This document shows, piece by piece, positions 16,741 to 25,679 of a stretch of DNA of 32,000 nt. The number at the start of each line of letters is the position of its first letter. Position 1 is the first letter of the stretch. The DNA is taken from assembly GCF_008000775.2 (NCBI RefSeq), contig NZ_CP042905.2, positions 510,001-542,000 of the forward strand, read 5' to 3'. The notes below the pieces were generated by a model. That model made no database searches. It worked only from the letters and a program-made list of their open reading frames with translations, and was not told where the DNA came from. This stretch comes from Promethearchaeum syntrophicum. Lineage in GTDB: Archaea; Asgardarchaeota; Lokiarchaeia; Sigyniarchaeales; Promethearchaeaceae. The position numbers were made by a program, and so were the translations under genes.

Positions 16741-16990
16741 CCAATTGTTAGTCTATAGTTTGCAGATAATGCAAAATAACTATCCACAGTTAAATTCTGA
16801 TTAAATAAATGAAATTTCAAAAGTATTAAGAGTCACCAATTAATTATGACTTAGATTAACAATATATGGGACATTTTTAGTTTTGCCATCGATTGGACCC
16901 CATAAACTTTAAAATAAAACATTACAAAATTTCTAAATATGATGATAGAAACTGATCTGAAATTACCTGAAAAAAAATCTTCGAATAATT
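16741..16990 (+). repeat. diverged tandem duplication, copy B (functional promoter and start of the acyltransferase gene)
   Basis: See copy A. It includes the TATA-like ctttaaaataa at 16907-16917, which ends 21 nt before the ATG at 16939. Confidence 0.7.
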
Positions 16991-18579
16991 TTTTACAAAT
17001 TGATATTCTGAAAGGATTAATGATCATGCTTGTAATAATCGATCATGCAATCCCGACAAATGTTCGGGCCCAATGGGGTCATTCACTTTGGGAACGGATA
17101 TCAATTCCAGTATTTCTAATTATTATGGGATTTAATGCTGCCAATTCATTTAAAAGGAAAGACGTTCCTCTGTCTTCTTTCAAAACGTTTTTAAAATATT
17201 GTTTACATAAATTGAAAAGATATCTCATTCCATTTGCTTTACTCTATATAGTATCTCTGATTTTAGGATTGATTAACTATGGGAGTTGGGAATCACTGCT
17301 TCAAGGGCAATTTGATGGTCATTGGAATAGGAGTCTTCTTTGGTATTTCATCCTTCCATTTTATGGACCTGGAAATTGGTTTATACCGATTCTTTTTCAA
17401 TCCGTTATAATAGTACCATTTCTTTACTGGGGATATAAGAAATCGCCAAAAATTACTCTGGCTTTAAGTATTCTCTGGGAAATAGGAATGCAATATTTTA
17501 TATTTGTCTATTATGGTCATTGGACTGCGTGGTGGCCAAATGTACCTCTTGGAAGAACTATGCTCCAACTAAGTGTTCTTCTTTATCTGAATGCAATTGT
17601 AATTGGTTTTTGGATCGCAGATCATAAGAAAATATGCACACCTACTGAGATACCGGAAGAACTGAATCAAGAGATAACTCCAGATGAAATTCAAGATAAA
17701 TCTAAAGATGAAATTCAGGTGACAGTTCAAACAAGATCTCAAAAAGACAACGAAACAATAAAGAAAAAATTGCCCTATCATTTCTATATCGCCCTTATAG
17801 CTGTAATTCTTATTGCTGTGATTTTAATAGGACCTCAAATCCCTGTCGATGGAGCACCCCGATCAATCGGTTTGGCAATTTTATTTATCTTTATAGTTGT
17901 TGGACTATATACTTATCGCCCATTATTGGAATTTTTGATCATCTTACTTATTTCTTTAGTAATGGTTGTGGTGTTTTCGTTGACAATTGATTTTTATCAA
18001 AATAATGCATTTATTGCTGAAGATTTCTTATCAGTAGAAGCAAAAACGGAAATATTTTTCTTAAATATTGCGATTTTTATCCTGCCCTACATAGTGAATG
18101 CTTTCTATACTCCTAAAAATAAGAATTGGTTTATGTGGATTCTCTTTCTGATGAGTGGAACATATCTAATATATTATCAATATGGTTTTCGCTTTTTCTT
18201 GTTAACAGGGGATTACCACTTCTTTGTTTATCCGCATTCGGCTTTTATTGTCCTTCTCTTCTTGAAGATGATCCCCAAGAAGTCTAATTTTATTTTATTC
18301 AAGGGGTTTGCCTATGTTGGGAAAGCAACGTATCACATCTTACTCACACAGATCTTCGTTTATGGAATAATGCTGATGAATTTCGGAGAACATTATTTCC
18401 AAGGGACAGTCATGTTAAATTATCTTGATAATCCTTCGCAATATAATGCTGGAGCATGGATTTATGTTTTGGTTATGTGGCTGATTTGCATTCCGATTGG
18501 TGTTCTGTGGTATTTGATTGAAAAATTAGTATTCAGAAAAATTGCAGAATTGAAAAAAAGAGAAACGCTTAAACAATAA
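16939..18579 (+). CDS. acyltransferase family 3 (membrane O-acyltransferase) with a central charged insert and extra C-terminal helices
   Basis: FLQIDILKGLMIMLVIIDHA is the acyltransferase_3 N-terminal signature. There are more than 10 TM segments. An acidic, low-complexity loop (TPTEIPEELNQEITPDEIQDKSKDEIQVTVQTRSQKDNETIKKK) splits the protein. Confidence 0.7.
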   Translation: MMIETDLKLPEKKSSNNFLQIDILKGLMIMLVIIDHAIPTNVRAQWGHSLWERISIPVFLIIMGFNAANSFKRKDVPLSSFKTFLKYCLHKLKRYLIPFALLYIVSLILGLINYGSWESLLQGQFDGHWNRSLLWYFILPFYGPGNWFIPILFQSVIIVPFLYWGYKKSPKITLALSILWEIGMQYFIFVYYGHWTAWWPNVPLGRTMLQLSVLLYLNAIVIGFWIADHKKICTPTEIPEELNQEITPDEIQDKSKDEIQVTVQTRSQKDNETIKKKLPYHFYIALIAVILIAVILIGPQIPVDGAPRSIGLAILFIFIVVGLYTYRPLLEFLIILLISLVMVVVFSLTIDFYQNNAFIAEDFLSVEAKTEIFFLNIAIFILPYIVNAFYTPKNKNWFMWILFLMSGTYLIYYQYGFRFFLLTGDYHFFVYPHSAFIVLLFLKMIPKKSNFILFKGFAYVGKATYHILLTQIFVYGIMLMNFGEHYFQGTVMLNYLDNPSQYNAGAWIYVLVMWLICIPIGVLWYLIEKLVFRKIAELKKRETLKQ

Positions 18580-18611
18580 TCAAAATACAATTAAGATATA
18601 TGAGAGCTCGA

Positions 18612-18620
18612 TTTTTTTTT
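18612..18620 (+). terminator. oligo-T tract after the acyltransferase gene
   Basis: A T9 run begins 33 nt after the stop, within the convergent intergenic gap. Confidence 0.45.
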
Positions 18621-18659
18621 CTTTTCTTCTTAATATAAGTTATATTAGAAGATTCTTCC

Positions 18660-18917
18660 TTAATCATCAAAATATTTCTTAAAACCACTAACAGCTTTCG
18701 AACCTTCATTAATAATTCCTATTGCAGCAGCCAGAAGAACAATTCCTACAAATAATAGGAACAGAAAAACCAAAGCTGCTGAGATCCATAGAGGGGATAA
18801 TACCCATAGCCACGACCACGTAATAACTTCCGTTAGTTTAAGAATTATGAAGATAATGGTTAAAGTCCCAGCGAGTCCTATTCCTCCAGAACTTTTTTTT
18901 TTGTTATTATTTCCCAT
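18660..18917 (-). CDS. small two/three-TM membrane protein with a W-rich WSWxWVxSPLWI motif
   Basis: The sequence reads MGNNNKKKSSGG..LKLTEVITWSWLWVLSPLWISAALVFLFLL. The motif resembles the repeat of the 'transmembrane Fragile-X-F' (TMEM185-like) family as I remember it. Confidence 0.55.
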   Translation of the reverse strand: MGNNNKKKSSGGIGLAGTLTIIFIILKLTEVITWSWLWVLSPLWISAALVFLFLLFVGIVLLAAAIGIINEGSKAVSGFKKYFDD

Positions 18918-19082
18918 ATTTCAATATTAAACTTTTTTTCTTATAAATCAAGGCTTGATTTTGATAAAAATGTATGATTAGAAATAAAATAGTGCGAAAA
19001 CGAATCTAATTTCAATAAAGATTCCATCAGAACGCTTTAAACCTTAAAAACTCGGGAAGTCGATATAAAATCAATAATAGTT

Positions 19083-19838
19083 TTATTTTTTTCCTTTAGC
19101 ATATAATACAGTTTTTCTAAAATAGAATTTTCCATTATGTTCAAATTTAGCAAGATATGATTCATTATCTAGATTATGAGCTATTTTATTGATTGAAATT
19201 ACAGCATTATTTTTCCAAAAATCTTCTATAGATTCATAAACTCGTTGATAATCTGTCAATTCTATTTGAATATCTTTAAATCCTGCATCTTGCATTAATA
19301 ATTGAAATCCTTGTTCATTTTCTTTGCTGTATCCAAGTGATTTAAGAGTGTTTTGTGTCATTTCTGCTACTATTTCAAAATCTTCTTGAAATTTCCAAGA
19401 ACTAAAAGCAATTCTTCCTTTAGGTTTAAGGACTCGATAGAGTTCTTTCATAATTAGATTATTTTGATCTTTGTATATATTATTATTTTCAAAATCGAAA
19501 TAATCATCAAAACCTAAAAATCCACAAATTATTACATCAAAAAAATTGTTCTCAAATTTTAATTCTGATGCATTCATTAATTCAACTCTTGCATTGGTTA
19601 TGGAATGTTTCATTAGTTCGCTTCTGGCTTTATGCACGCATTTTACGTTGATATCAATTCCATATAATTCCCCATTTGAACCAATCCTTTTTGCTAGAGG
19701 TATTAAACAATCACCCCATCCTGTTCCAATATCTAAAGCAATTGTAATCTCAGATAATTTAACACTATTTGCCAAGTGGAACCCAAAGACTTCCCAATAA
19801 TTCTCAGTTACTTTTTTCATTTTGTATTTTTTTTCCAT
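19083..19838 (-). CDS. class I SAM-dependent methyltransferase
   Basis: ALDIGTGWGDCLIPLAKRIGSNGELYGIDIN carries motif I (GxGxG) plus the acidic loop. FDVIICGF and LKPKGRIAFS are the post-I motifs. The 5' end overlaps the SDR gene's 3' end by 35 nt. Confidence 0.8.
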   Translation of the reverse strand: MEKKYKMKKVTENYWEVFGFHLANSVKLSEITIALDIGTGWGDCLIPLAKRIGSNGELYGIDINVKCVHKARSELMKHSITNARVELMNASELKFENNFFDVIICGFLGFDDYFDFENNNIYKDQNNLIMKELYRVLKPKGRIAFSSWKFQEDFEIVAEMTQNTLKSLGYSKENEQGFQLLMQDAGFKDIQIELTDYQRVYESIEDFWKNNAVISINKIAHNLDNESYLAKFEHNGKFYFRKTVLYAKGKK

Positions 19839-20637
19839 GTTTCTTTCTTTTAATTTTTAAATATGTTTGGATAAAAAAACTCTTGTACAATTTAGCAATC
19901 CATCGATGTTTTCGCCCAGGAATAACAATCAATCGCTTTTTAGAAAGAGAAGAAATCGAATAATTCACAACTTCCTTTGTTGTCATCCACAACCACTTGG
20001 GTATTAGAGAAGAATCATAATCCGAAAGATGCCCTACCGAATGAAATTCTGTTCGAGTAAAACCAGGGCATAAAGCTTGTAATATAATATCAGATCCAGC
20101 CAAATCCCGTTCTAAATTTTCAGTAAAGGAAATTAAAAATGATTTTGTGGCACTATAAATAGCATTCCCACGTATAGGAGTAAATGCTCCTAAAGATGCT
20201 ACATTAATGATTACACCTAGATTCCTTTTTTGCATCGAAGGTATTAGAGCATGGCACAATCTAACAGCAGCATTAATATGAAGATTAATCATTTGAAAAT
20301 GTACATCTATTGAAACAGACGGAAAATCCCCTAATGTCCCAAAACCCGCTCCATTAACAAGAATATCAATAGATTCAAATTCTTTTATTTGTTCAATGGA
20401 TTTTCTCACATCTTCATCAAGCGATAAATCTGAAACGATGTATGATGCTTTTATCTTATACTTTTTCGATAATTCCGAGCAAATCTCTTCTAATTTATTA
20501 GCCCTTCTTGCAATAAGTATTAAATTAATGTGCATTTCTGCAAATCTATGAGCAAATTCTAAACCAATACCGCTTGAAGCTCCTGTAATTACAGCAGTTT
20601 TATAACTATTTAATCTAAAGGTAGGTTTTTCTTTCAT
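19804..20637 (-). CDS. short-chain dehydrogenase/reductase (classical SDR)
   Basis: The cofactor motif is AVITGASSGIGLEFA. LVNGAG, the YSATKSF active site (YxxxK) and a C-terminal basic tail are also present. Confidence 0.85.
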   Translation of the reverse strand: MKEKPTFRLNSYKTAVITGASSGIGLEFAHRFAEMHINLILIARRANKLEEICSELSKKYKIKASYIVSDLSLDEDVRKSIEQIKEFESIDILVNGAGFGTLGDFPSVSIDVHFQMINLHINAAVRLCHALIPSMQKRNLGVIINVASLGAFTPIRGNAIYSATKSFLISFTENLERDLAGSDIILQALCPGFTRTEFHSVGHLSDYDSSLIPKWLWMTTKEVVNYSISSLSKKRLIVIPGRKHRWIAKLYKSFFIQTYLKIKRKKHGKKIQNEKSN

Positions 20638-20818
20638 AGACTTTTAGAAATGCTATTTTAATTTAAAGGCTTTCAATATTTCTTCCAAAGGGATTCCTTT
20701 AAAATAAAAAAATCTACCTTGACGTGATCAATTAAATTACAAACTAAATTTATTGACATACATAGGTTTGGGGATGAATTTGAACAAAAAACGGATCAGA
20801 ACAAACAGAATCTGACTG

Positions 20819-20836
20819 AAAAAAAATAAAAAAAAA
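20819..20836 (-). terminator. oligo-T tracts (T9-A-T8 on the minus strand) after the FG-GAP gene
   Basis: The plus strand reads A8-T-A9. The tract starts 37 nt downstream of the minus-strand stop at 20873-20875. Confidence 0.45.
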
Positions 20837-20872
20837 TTAAACTATAAACCAGCATAGAAATTTATTTGCATT

Positions 20873-22675
20873 TTATTGTCTGTGTTTTTTGATTGTGTGT
20901 AAAATTACAGCAATTCCCAACCCAATGCTTGCAATTAACATCCCAATACTTGCACCTGGTATATCTAATCCGGTATTACCTTCGCAATTACCTATTTGGA
21001 ATGTTTTTACACTAGTTTCAATAACATCGGGAGTTGTATCGGTAAAGCGGAATTTGAACGTGTGTTCACCATTTGAAAAACCACCTTGTTCATATGTGAA
21101 ATTTACTCCAGTTTCCCAAGAACCAGCACCTTTAGTCATAGCAATCCACGTACCATTATCAATATTGATCTCGGTAGTCACCGTTAAGCCTTGAGATTGT
21201 TTAGCTGTTGCTGTAAACAGGAAAATATGGTTTTCATCTTCTGTACAATTTATATCCGCAGAACCATTACCTGAAAGGTCAGGAATGAAATCTAATCCTC
21301 CATATGTGCTAAATACGAAGATTGCACCATGGTCTGAATAACCCGTAACAGCTAAGTCTCCAAATCCATCCCCGCTTAAATCGTCTAATAATTCCAAATC
21401 GAAGACATCTATTGGTCCGCCATTCCATGAAGATCCGTATGGTGATCTCGCCCAGATTTTCGTTAAATTAGATCCATATACAACTCCTACTATACTATCT
21501 CCACCAACAGCGATTTCATTAATACCATCATCATCTAGATCCTCAACAATGAGTAAATCGTTAATGTCCCAGCCTCCCCAATCAGCAGTAAGAATCGTAT
21601 CACCAAATGTGGGGGAAGTAGTATTAATATCCCATACCATTATGATCCCATCACCGTTTCCAGTTATTATCGCTGTACTATTATACACCTCAACATCACG
21701 GAAGTATCCATTAGCATCGACGAATGAACCTAGTGTCGTACCATTAGCGCCATTTAGAAGAATTATTTTGCTTTTGGTAGTTACGACTACATCCTGTAAT
21801 CCATCAGAATTTTGGTCATCAACAGCAACTAGATCAGTTACTTCACTAGCATCCACATTTACATTCCATATTTCCCTGTTAGATGTATTGGTAGAAATTG
21901 CACTCACATTTGTATTCCACCCAAACACAATGTCATGTTTTGTAAGATCATCACCATCTAAATCTTCAATTTCGGTTATGGGTGTTTTAATATGATCATT
22001 TCTAAAGTTGGACCAAGTCCACGCATCTAGATCGTGTTTCCAATGCGTGGGTGAACCAGATTGAATATTATCCACTACATAGACATTCCCATCTAAGCAC
22101 AATCCGGCTACTTCTAAATCTGCAGGATCTGAGTCAAAATTCCCTAAGGTTAGAGCAATTACTTGTTCGTCAGTGTTTACTGTCCATTCTGGAACAAGTG
22201 CTCCGTCGCTTTTCGTTGGATTCACAAAAACTTGTTTGACAATTTTGCCATCGTCATCCATCGAGTTTCCTTCAGCATAAATAATTTCCATATTTCCATT
22301 GATTGGATTGAGAAACTTAACCATATCACGGACTATGTCTGCATCATTTATTCCGCCATTATCGCTATGATAGTCTGAAGGAAGGTGGTTGGTCATATTT
22401 GGCCAATAACCCTGAACGGCATACATTCCAGAATAGCGATCTGTACCTACCGCAACAAGATCTGTGATTGTGGGTGCCCCGTATGTATGAATTCCCATTA
22501 TACTTAAACCTATTGAATCTACCAATAAATGATTCTCAAACATAAGGTCGGGGACGCGCTGATTATGACCTTCAAGTAATATTGGAGATTCCAAAGCAGA
22601 AACAGATGAAAGGGGACTTGATAGCCTCAAGCAGTAAATAATAATTACGAAAAGTACAATCTTTTTTTTTTTCAT
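20873..22675 (-). CDS. secreted FG-GAP / integrin-alpha-like beta-propeller protein with a C-terminal membrane anchor
   Basis: The signal peptide is MKKKKIVLFVIIIYCLRLSSPLSSVSA. Repeated Ca-binding-type loops are present (DLDGDDLTKHDIV, DDQNSDGLQDVVV, DLDDDGINEIAVGG, DDLSGDGFGDLAVTG). The C-terminus reads PGASIGMLIASIGLGIAVILHTIKKHRQ. Confidence 0.75.
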   Translation of the reverse strand: MKKKKIVLFVIIIYCLRLSSPLSSVSALESPILLEGHNQRVPDLMFENHLLVDSIGLSIMGIHTYGAPTITDLVAVGTDRYSGMYAVQGYWPNMTNHLPSDYHSDNGGINDADIVRDMVKFLNPINGNMEIIYAEGNSMDDDGKIVKQVFVNPTKSDGALVPEWTVNTDEQVIALTLGNFDSDPADLEVAGLCLDGNVYVVDNIQSGSPTHWKHDLDAWTWSNFRNDHIKTPITEIEDLDGDDLTKHDIVFGWNTNVSAISTNTSNREIWNVNVDASEVTDLVAVDDQNSDGLQDVVVTTKSKIILLNGANGTTLGSFVDANGYFRDVEVYNSTAIITGNGDGIIMVWDINTTSPTFGDTILTADWGGWDINDLLIVEDLDDDGINEIAVGGDSIVGVVYGSNLTKIWARSPYGSSWNGGPIDVFDLELLDDLSGDGFGDLAVTGYSDHGAIFVFSTYGGLDFIPDLSGNGSADINCTEDENHIFLFTATAKQSQGLTVTTEINIDNGTWIAMTKGAGSWETGVNFTYEQGGFSNGEHTFKFRFTDTTPDVIETSVKTFQIGNCEGNTGLDIPGASIGMLIASIGLGIAVILHTIKKHRQ

Positions 22676-22987
22676 AAAAAATCACTATAATTTTGTTTGT
22701 TTTTCAATAAATAATTGGTTGGATCTTTAGTCCTCTCAATTATTCTATCTATGCCAAATTCTCCCTTTAAGTGTTTGTGAAGTTATTACGAAGACAAAAA
22801 TGTGAAAAATAATAAAAGGATGAATCTTTTTAAAAATATCGTGACATTTTTTATCTATTAAATTCCCCAACCAATGAAAAAAAGATTATGCCTGTACCCA
22901 AACCGGGATTAACAAAATGCGAAAAACTATTATTCCATTTCCATTTTAATATTTTTATAGATTTTAACCGAATAAATGTGTTTTTTT

Positions 22988-24307
22988 ATGTCTAAACTAA
23001 ATCAATTTTTGCAGATAAATAAATTACCAAAATCTCTACAAAAAATCTCGAGATTTTATGTTGTTATTACTATGATGCAATCTATCGCGTTTCACATAAC
23101 TGATACATTCTTGGTTCTTTACTTGCTAGAAACCCATACTTGGGCTCAAGTTAGTATTATTTTCTCCGTTCAAATGGTCACTCAACTTATATTTGACTAT
23201 CCTACAGGTATCTTAGGAGATTGGATTGGTCAAAAGAAAATTCTGTTAAGTGCATTTCTATTCCTTTCAAGTGCAAATCTCTGCATTCTTCTTTCAGAAT
23301 CATTTGTAGTTTATGTGCTTTTTGGAATTTTATCGGGATTAGGAAATTCTCAATTTTCTGGGGCCTTAGATGCTTGGTATGATTCGCAATATACAAGGCA
23401 TTGCAGTCAAATTGATCCAAGTCGTAAAATTTATGGATTATTTCAAGGAAGGGTTTATTCTCTCTATTTGGGGATCGCAGGTCTAAGTATTCTTGCAAGT
23501 GGTTTAATTGCGAATAACTTTTCAAGACAAATTTTATTTATTCTCCAAATTACGGTATATATAATTATGGCTGTGGGTATTGGGATAGGACTTAAATCTT
23601 CTTCAGAAGATACGAGCGAAATTTTCAAAAATTATAATGGAAAAATACCCGATCAAGAACCCAAAGAGAATTATTTCTCTATATTACTTAAGGGATTAAA
23701 ATTTGTTTTTTCACAGAAAAAAATGTGGCTTTTCTTTTTCGGCATAGCAATTTATAATGCTTTTTTGGATTCAGTGTGGACAAAACTCATTCTTTTCCCA
23801 TTATATAATCAATACGCTCTATCAGATACTTTAACAGGTGTGATCCGTTGGGTAAATCTTACGATTGATGTCTTTTTAGTTGGAATTCTTGCAAAATATA
23901 GTTCTCAAACACAGAAAAAAGAAATGGGATATATCCTATCACTAGCTGGAATGCTCGTTTGTCTTATATTTGTGAGTCTTTTCTATATTTTATTACCTCC
24001 CACTGAAATTTTCATCTTTGGTAGGTATTTTGGAATATGGTTGATTTCTCTGTTAATGGCTACTCCTTATCGATTAACTTGGCTTTTTTATTCTCGAATT
24101 ATTATCGACTTGGTTCCAAATCAGATTCGAAATTCGATTTATTCATTCATTCCATCATTAATACTTTTATTAGCAATTCCAGCGAATATGCTTGGTGGTT
24201 TTATAATTGATGGCTATGGATTCGTAGCTGGCATTTTGTTAGTGGTTGGATTTGCTACTATTGGAGTTCTCTTCCAACTATATTCCTTTAAATTAAAGAA
24301 AACATAA
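22988..24307 (+). CDS. MFS-type transporter
   Basis: About 12 TM segments. DYPTGILGDWIGQKKI resembles the MFS loop 2-3 motif. The start is taken at the ATG at 22988 (MSKLNQ) rather than 22976. Confidence 0.65.
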   Translation: MSKLNQFLQINKLPKSLQKISRFYVVITMMQSIAFHITDTFLVLYLLETHTWAQVSIIFSVQMVTQLIFDYPTGILGDWIGQKKILLSAFLFLSSANLCILLSESFVVYVLFGILSGLGNSQFSGALDAWYDSQYTRHCSQIDPSRKIYGLFQGRVYSLYLGIAGLSILASGLIANNFSRQILFILQITVYIIMAVGIGIGLKSSSEDTSEIFKNYNGKIPDQEPKENYFSILLKGLKFVFSQKKMWLFFFGIAIYNAFLDSVWTKLILFPLYNQYALSDTLTGVIRWVNLTIDVFLVGILAKYSSQTQKKEMGYILSLAGMLVCLIFVSLFYILLPPTEIFIFGRYFGIWLISLLMATPYRLTWLFYSRIIIDLVPNQIRNSIYSFIPSLILLLAIPANMLGGFIIDGYGFVAGILLVVGFATIGVLFQLYSFKLKKT

Positions 24308-24332
24308 ATTTTCGAAAGGAAAACCAAGAAAT

Positions 24333-24346
24333 AAAAAAAAAAAAAA
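24333..24346 (-). terminator. T14 tract (minus strand) after the MFS gene 24357..25592
   Basis: The plus strand shows A14, which starts 11 nt downstream of the minus-strand stop codon, between convergent genes. Confidence 0.5.
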
Positions 24347-24356
24347 TGGTTATCCC

Positions 24357-25592
24357 CTAATCATGTAAATATTCTTCAGACACTGGGCTAAAAAAGCACC
24401 AGATAACTGAAACAAATCCTAATCCTAACAGAACTGCAACCATATTCATTTCAACTAGAATTCCAATGACAGGATTTAAGATCATTAACAAGAACATTCT
24501 TATCATTGAAACCGTAGAAAGCGTTGTGGCTCTTTGTTCAGATTGGATGTGTTTTTGCATATAGTTTTTCATCAATACAGGGCGCGAAAAACCCAACCCC
24601 ACAGTAATTAACATCCCAACTATTGTTATTAGTACATTATCGGAGATTCCGAATAGGATGTAACCGATTCCCATTCCGGCACCTGTAAATAATATTACTC
24701 TCTTTTTTGATCCGAACAGCTTTTCCATAGGAATGATCAGATTTAGCACAATGACTTGTATGAGCATCATTCCTGCATGAATCAGTCCGAAATATGATAT
24801 ATCTACGTTTAAAACCATCATTCTTCGTTGCCAGATCCATATTGCATAATACGCAATTACCGATAATAATACCATATCCACAATTAAACCGCGTAATCCT
24901 TTATTTTCCTTTATGTTTTTCCAACCTTTCTGGAAAATTTTCCAGGGTGATTCTTTTTTGGACAATTTATGTTTACTTGGTTCTTTTAAGAAGAAACTTA
25001 AACCAAATGCCAGGAACAATGGAATTGCAGATAATGTCATCGTTATTTTAAGTCCTCCTATTGAAGCAATTAAACCACCTGAAATTGTACCGATCATCAT
25101 TGCAATCAAACCGTAACTATTCAAGCGAGCAAATAATTTCTTAGATTCCTTTTCTCGACCTAATTCCAGTAAAGTATCATAAATTATGGCCTCATTGGCT
25201 CCGGAATTTAAAGCTAAAGCTACAGCCCATATAATTTCTCCAATTGCAAACACGTAAAATCTTGGATACATTACATAAACAATTACTGCAATCGCATTAG
25301 TAATGTAAGCCAGATTAAGACTTAATTTTCGACCAAACTTATCTGCAATTGTTCCAGTAGGAATTTCAAATAGAAATATTGCACCTGTGAAAATAGCCTC
25401 TAAAATCATTATTTCAGAGAAACTTATCCCTCCCCAGTCTTGAAAGAATGGGATCATCACTGAACCAAAGAAATGTATCCGCATTATTATATTTAGGGCA
25501 AATAATATCGGGATATTTCTTTGAAATGATTTTTTGTCATCTGACACCATTACATCTTCTAGTTCTTGTTCAACTATTTTAGTTTTTGACAT
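24357..25592 (-). CDS. MFS-type transporter
   Basis: GTIADKFGRKL is the canonical MFS GxxxD(R/K)xGR(R/K) motif. About 12 TM helices. Confidence 0.8.
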   Translation of the reverse strand: MSKTKIVEQELEDVMVSDDKKSFQRNIPILFALNIIMRIHFFGSVMIPFFQDWGGISFSEIMILEAIFTGAIFLFEIPTGTIADKFGRKLSLNLAYITNAIAVIVYVMYPRFYVFAIGEIIWAVALALNSGANEAIIYDTLLELGREKESKKLFARLNSYGLIAMMIGTISGGLIASIGGLKITMTLSAIPLFLAFGLSFFLKEPSKHKLSKKESPWKIFQKGWKNIKENKGLRGLIVDMVLLSVIAYYAIWIWQRRMMVLNVDISYFGLIHAGMMLIQVIVLNLIIPMEKLFGSKKRVILFTGAGMGIGYILFGISDNVLITIVGMLITVGLGFSRPVLMKNYMQKHIQSEQRATTLSTVSMIRMFLLMILNPVIGILVEMNMVAVLLGLGFVSVIWCFFSPVSEEYLHD

Positions 25593-25621
25593 TTTTATCC
25601 CCTTTTTTTTTATTTTGGGTA

Positions 25622-25679
25622 GCCCCCGAACGGATTTGTACCGTTGGTTTATAATTTCTTTTTATTATAATGCGGGGAC
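25622..25679 (-). ncRNA. tRNA-like three-way-junction element (not a canonical tRNA)
   Basis: The minus strand reads GTCCCCG-CA-[TTATAAT-AAAAAGAA-ATTATAA]-ACC-[AACGG-TACAAAT-CCGTT]-CGGGGGC. The closing stem has a G-U pair on the minus strand where the plus strand would have a C-A mismatch. The T-arm-like hairpin abuts the 3' stem strand. The element ends about 29 nt before the ATG at 25592. Confidence 0.3.

Noticed and set aside
19804-19838. 35-nt overlap between the SDR and methyltransferase genes as a possible fusion or frameshift
   Set aside because: Both proteins are complete with normal termini. The SDR tail is basic, and the methyltransferase N-terminus precedes motif I at a normal distance. 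The simple reading is overlapping, co-transcribed genes.
20889-22378. Four plus-strand ORFs (101, 148, 62 and 71 aa) opposite the FG-GAP gene
   Set aside because: All are shadows of the 600-aa minus-strand gene, whose repeat and signal features are unambiguous.
24637-25116. Three small ORFs overlapping the MFS transporter 24357..25592
   Set aside because: They are alternative-frame or antisense overlaps of a gene carrying the canonical MFS DKFGRK motif.
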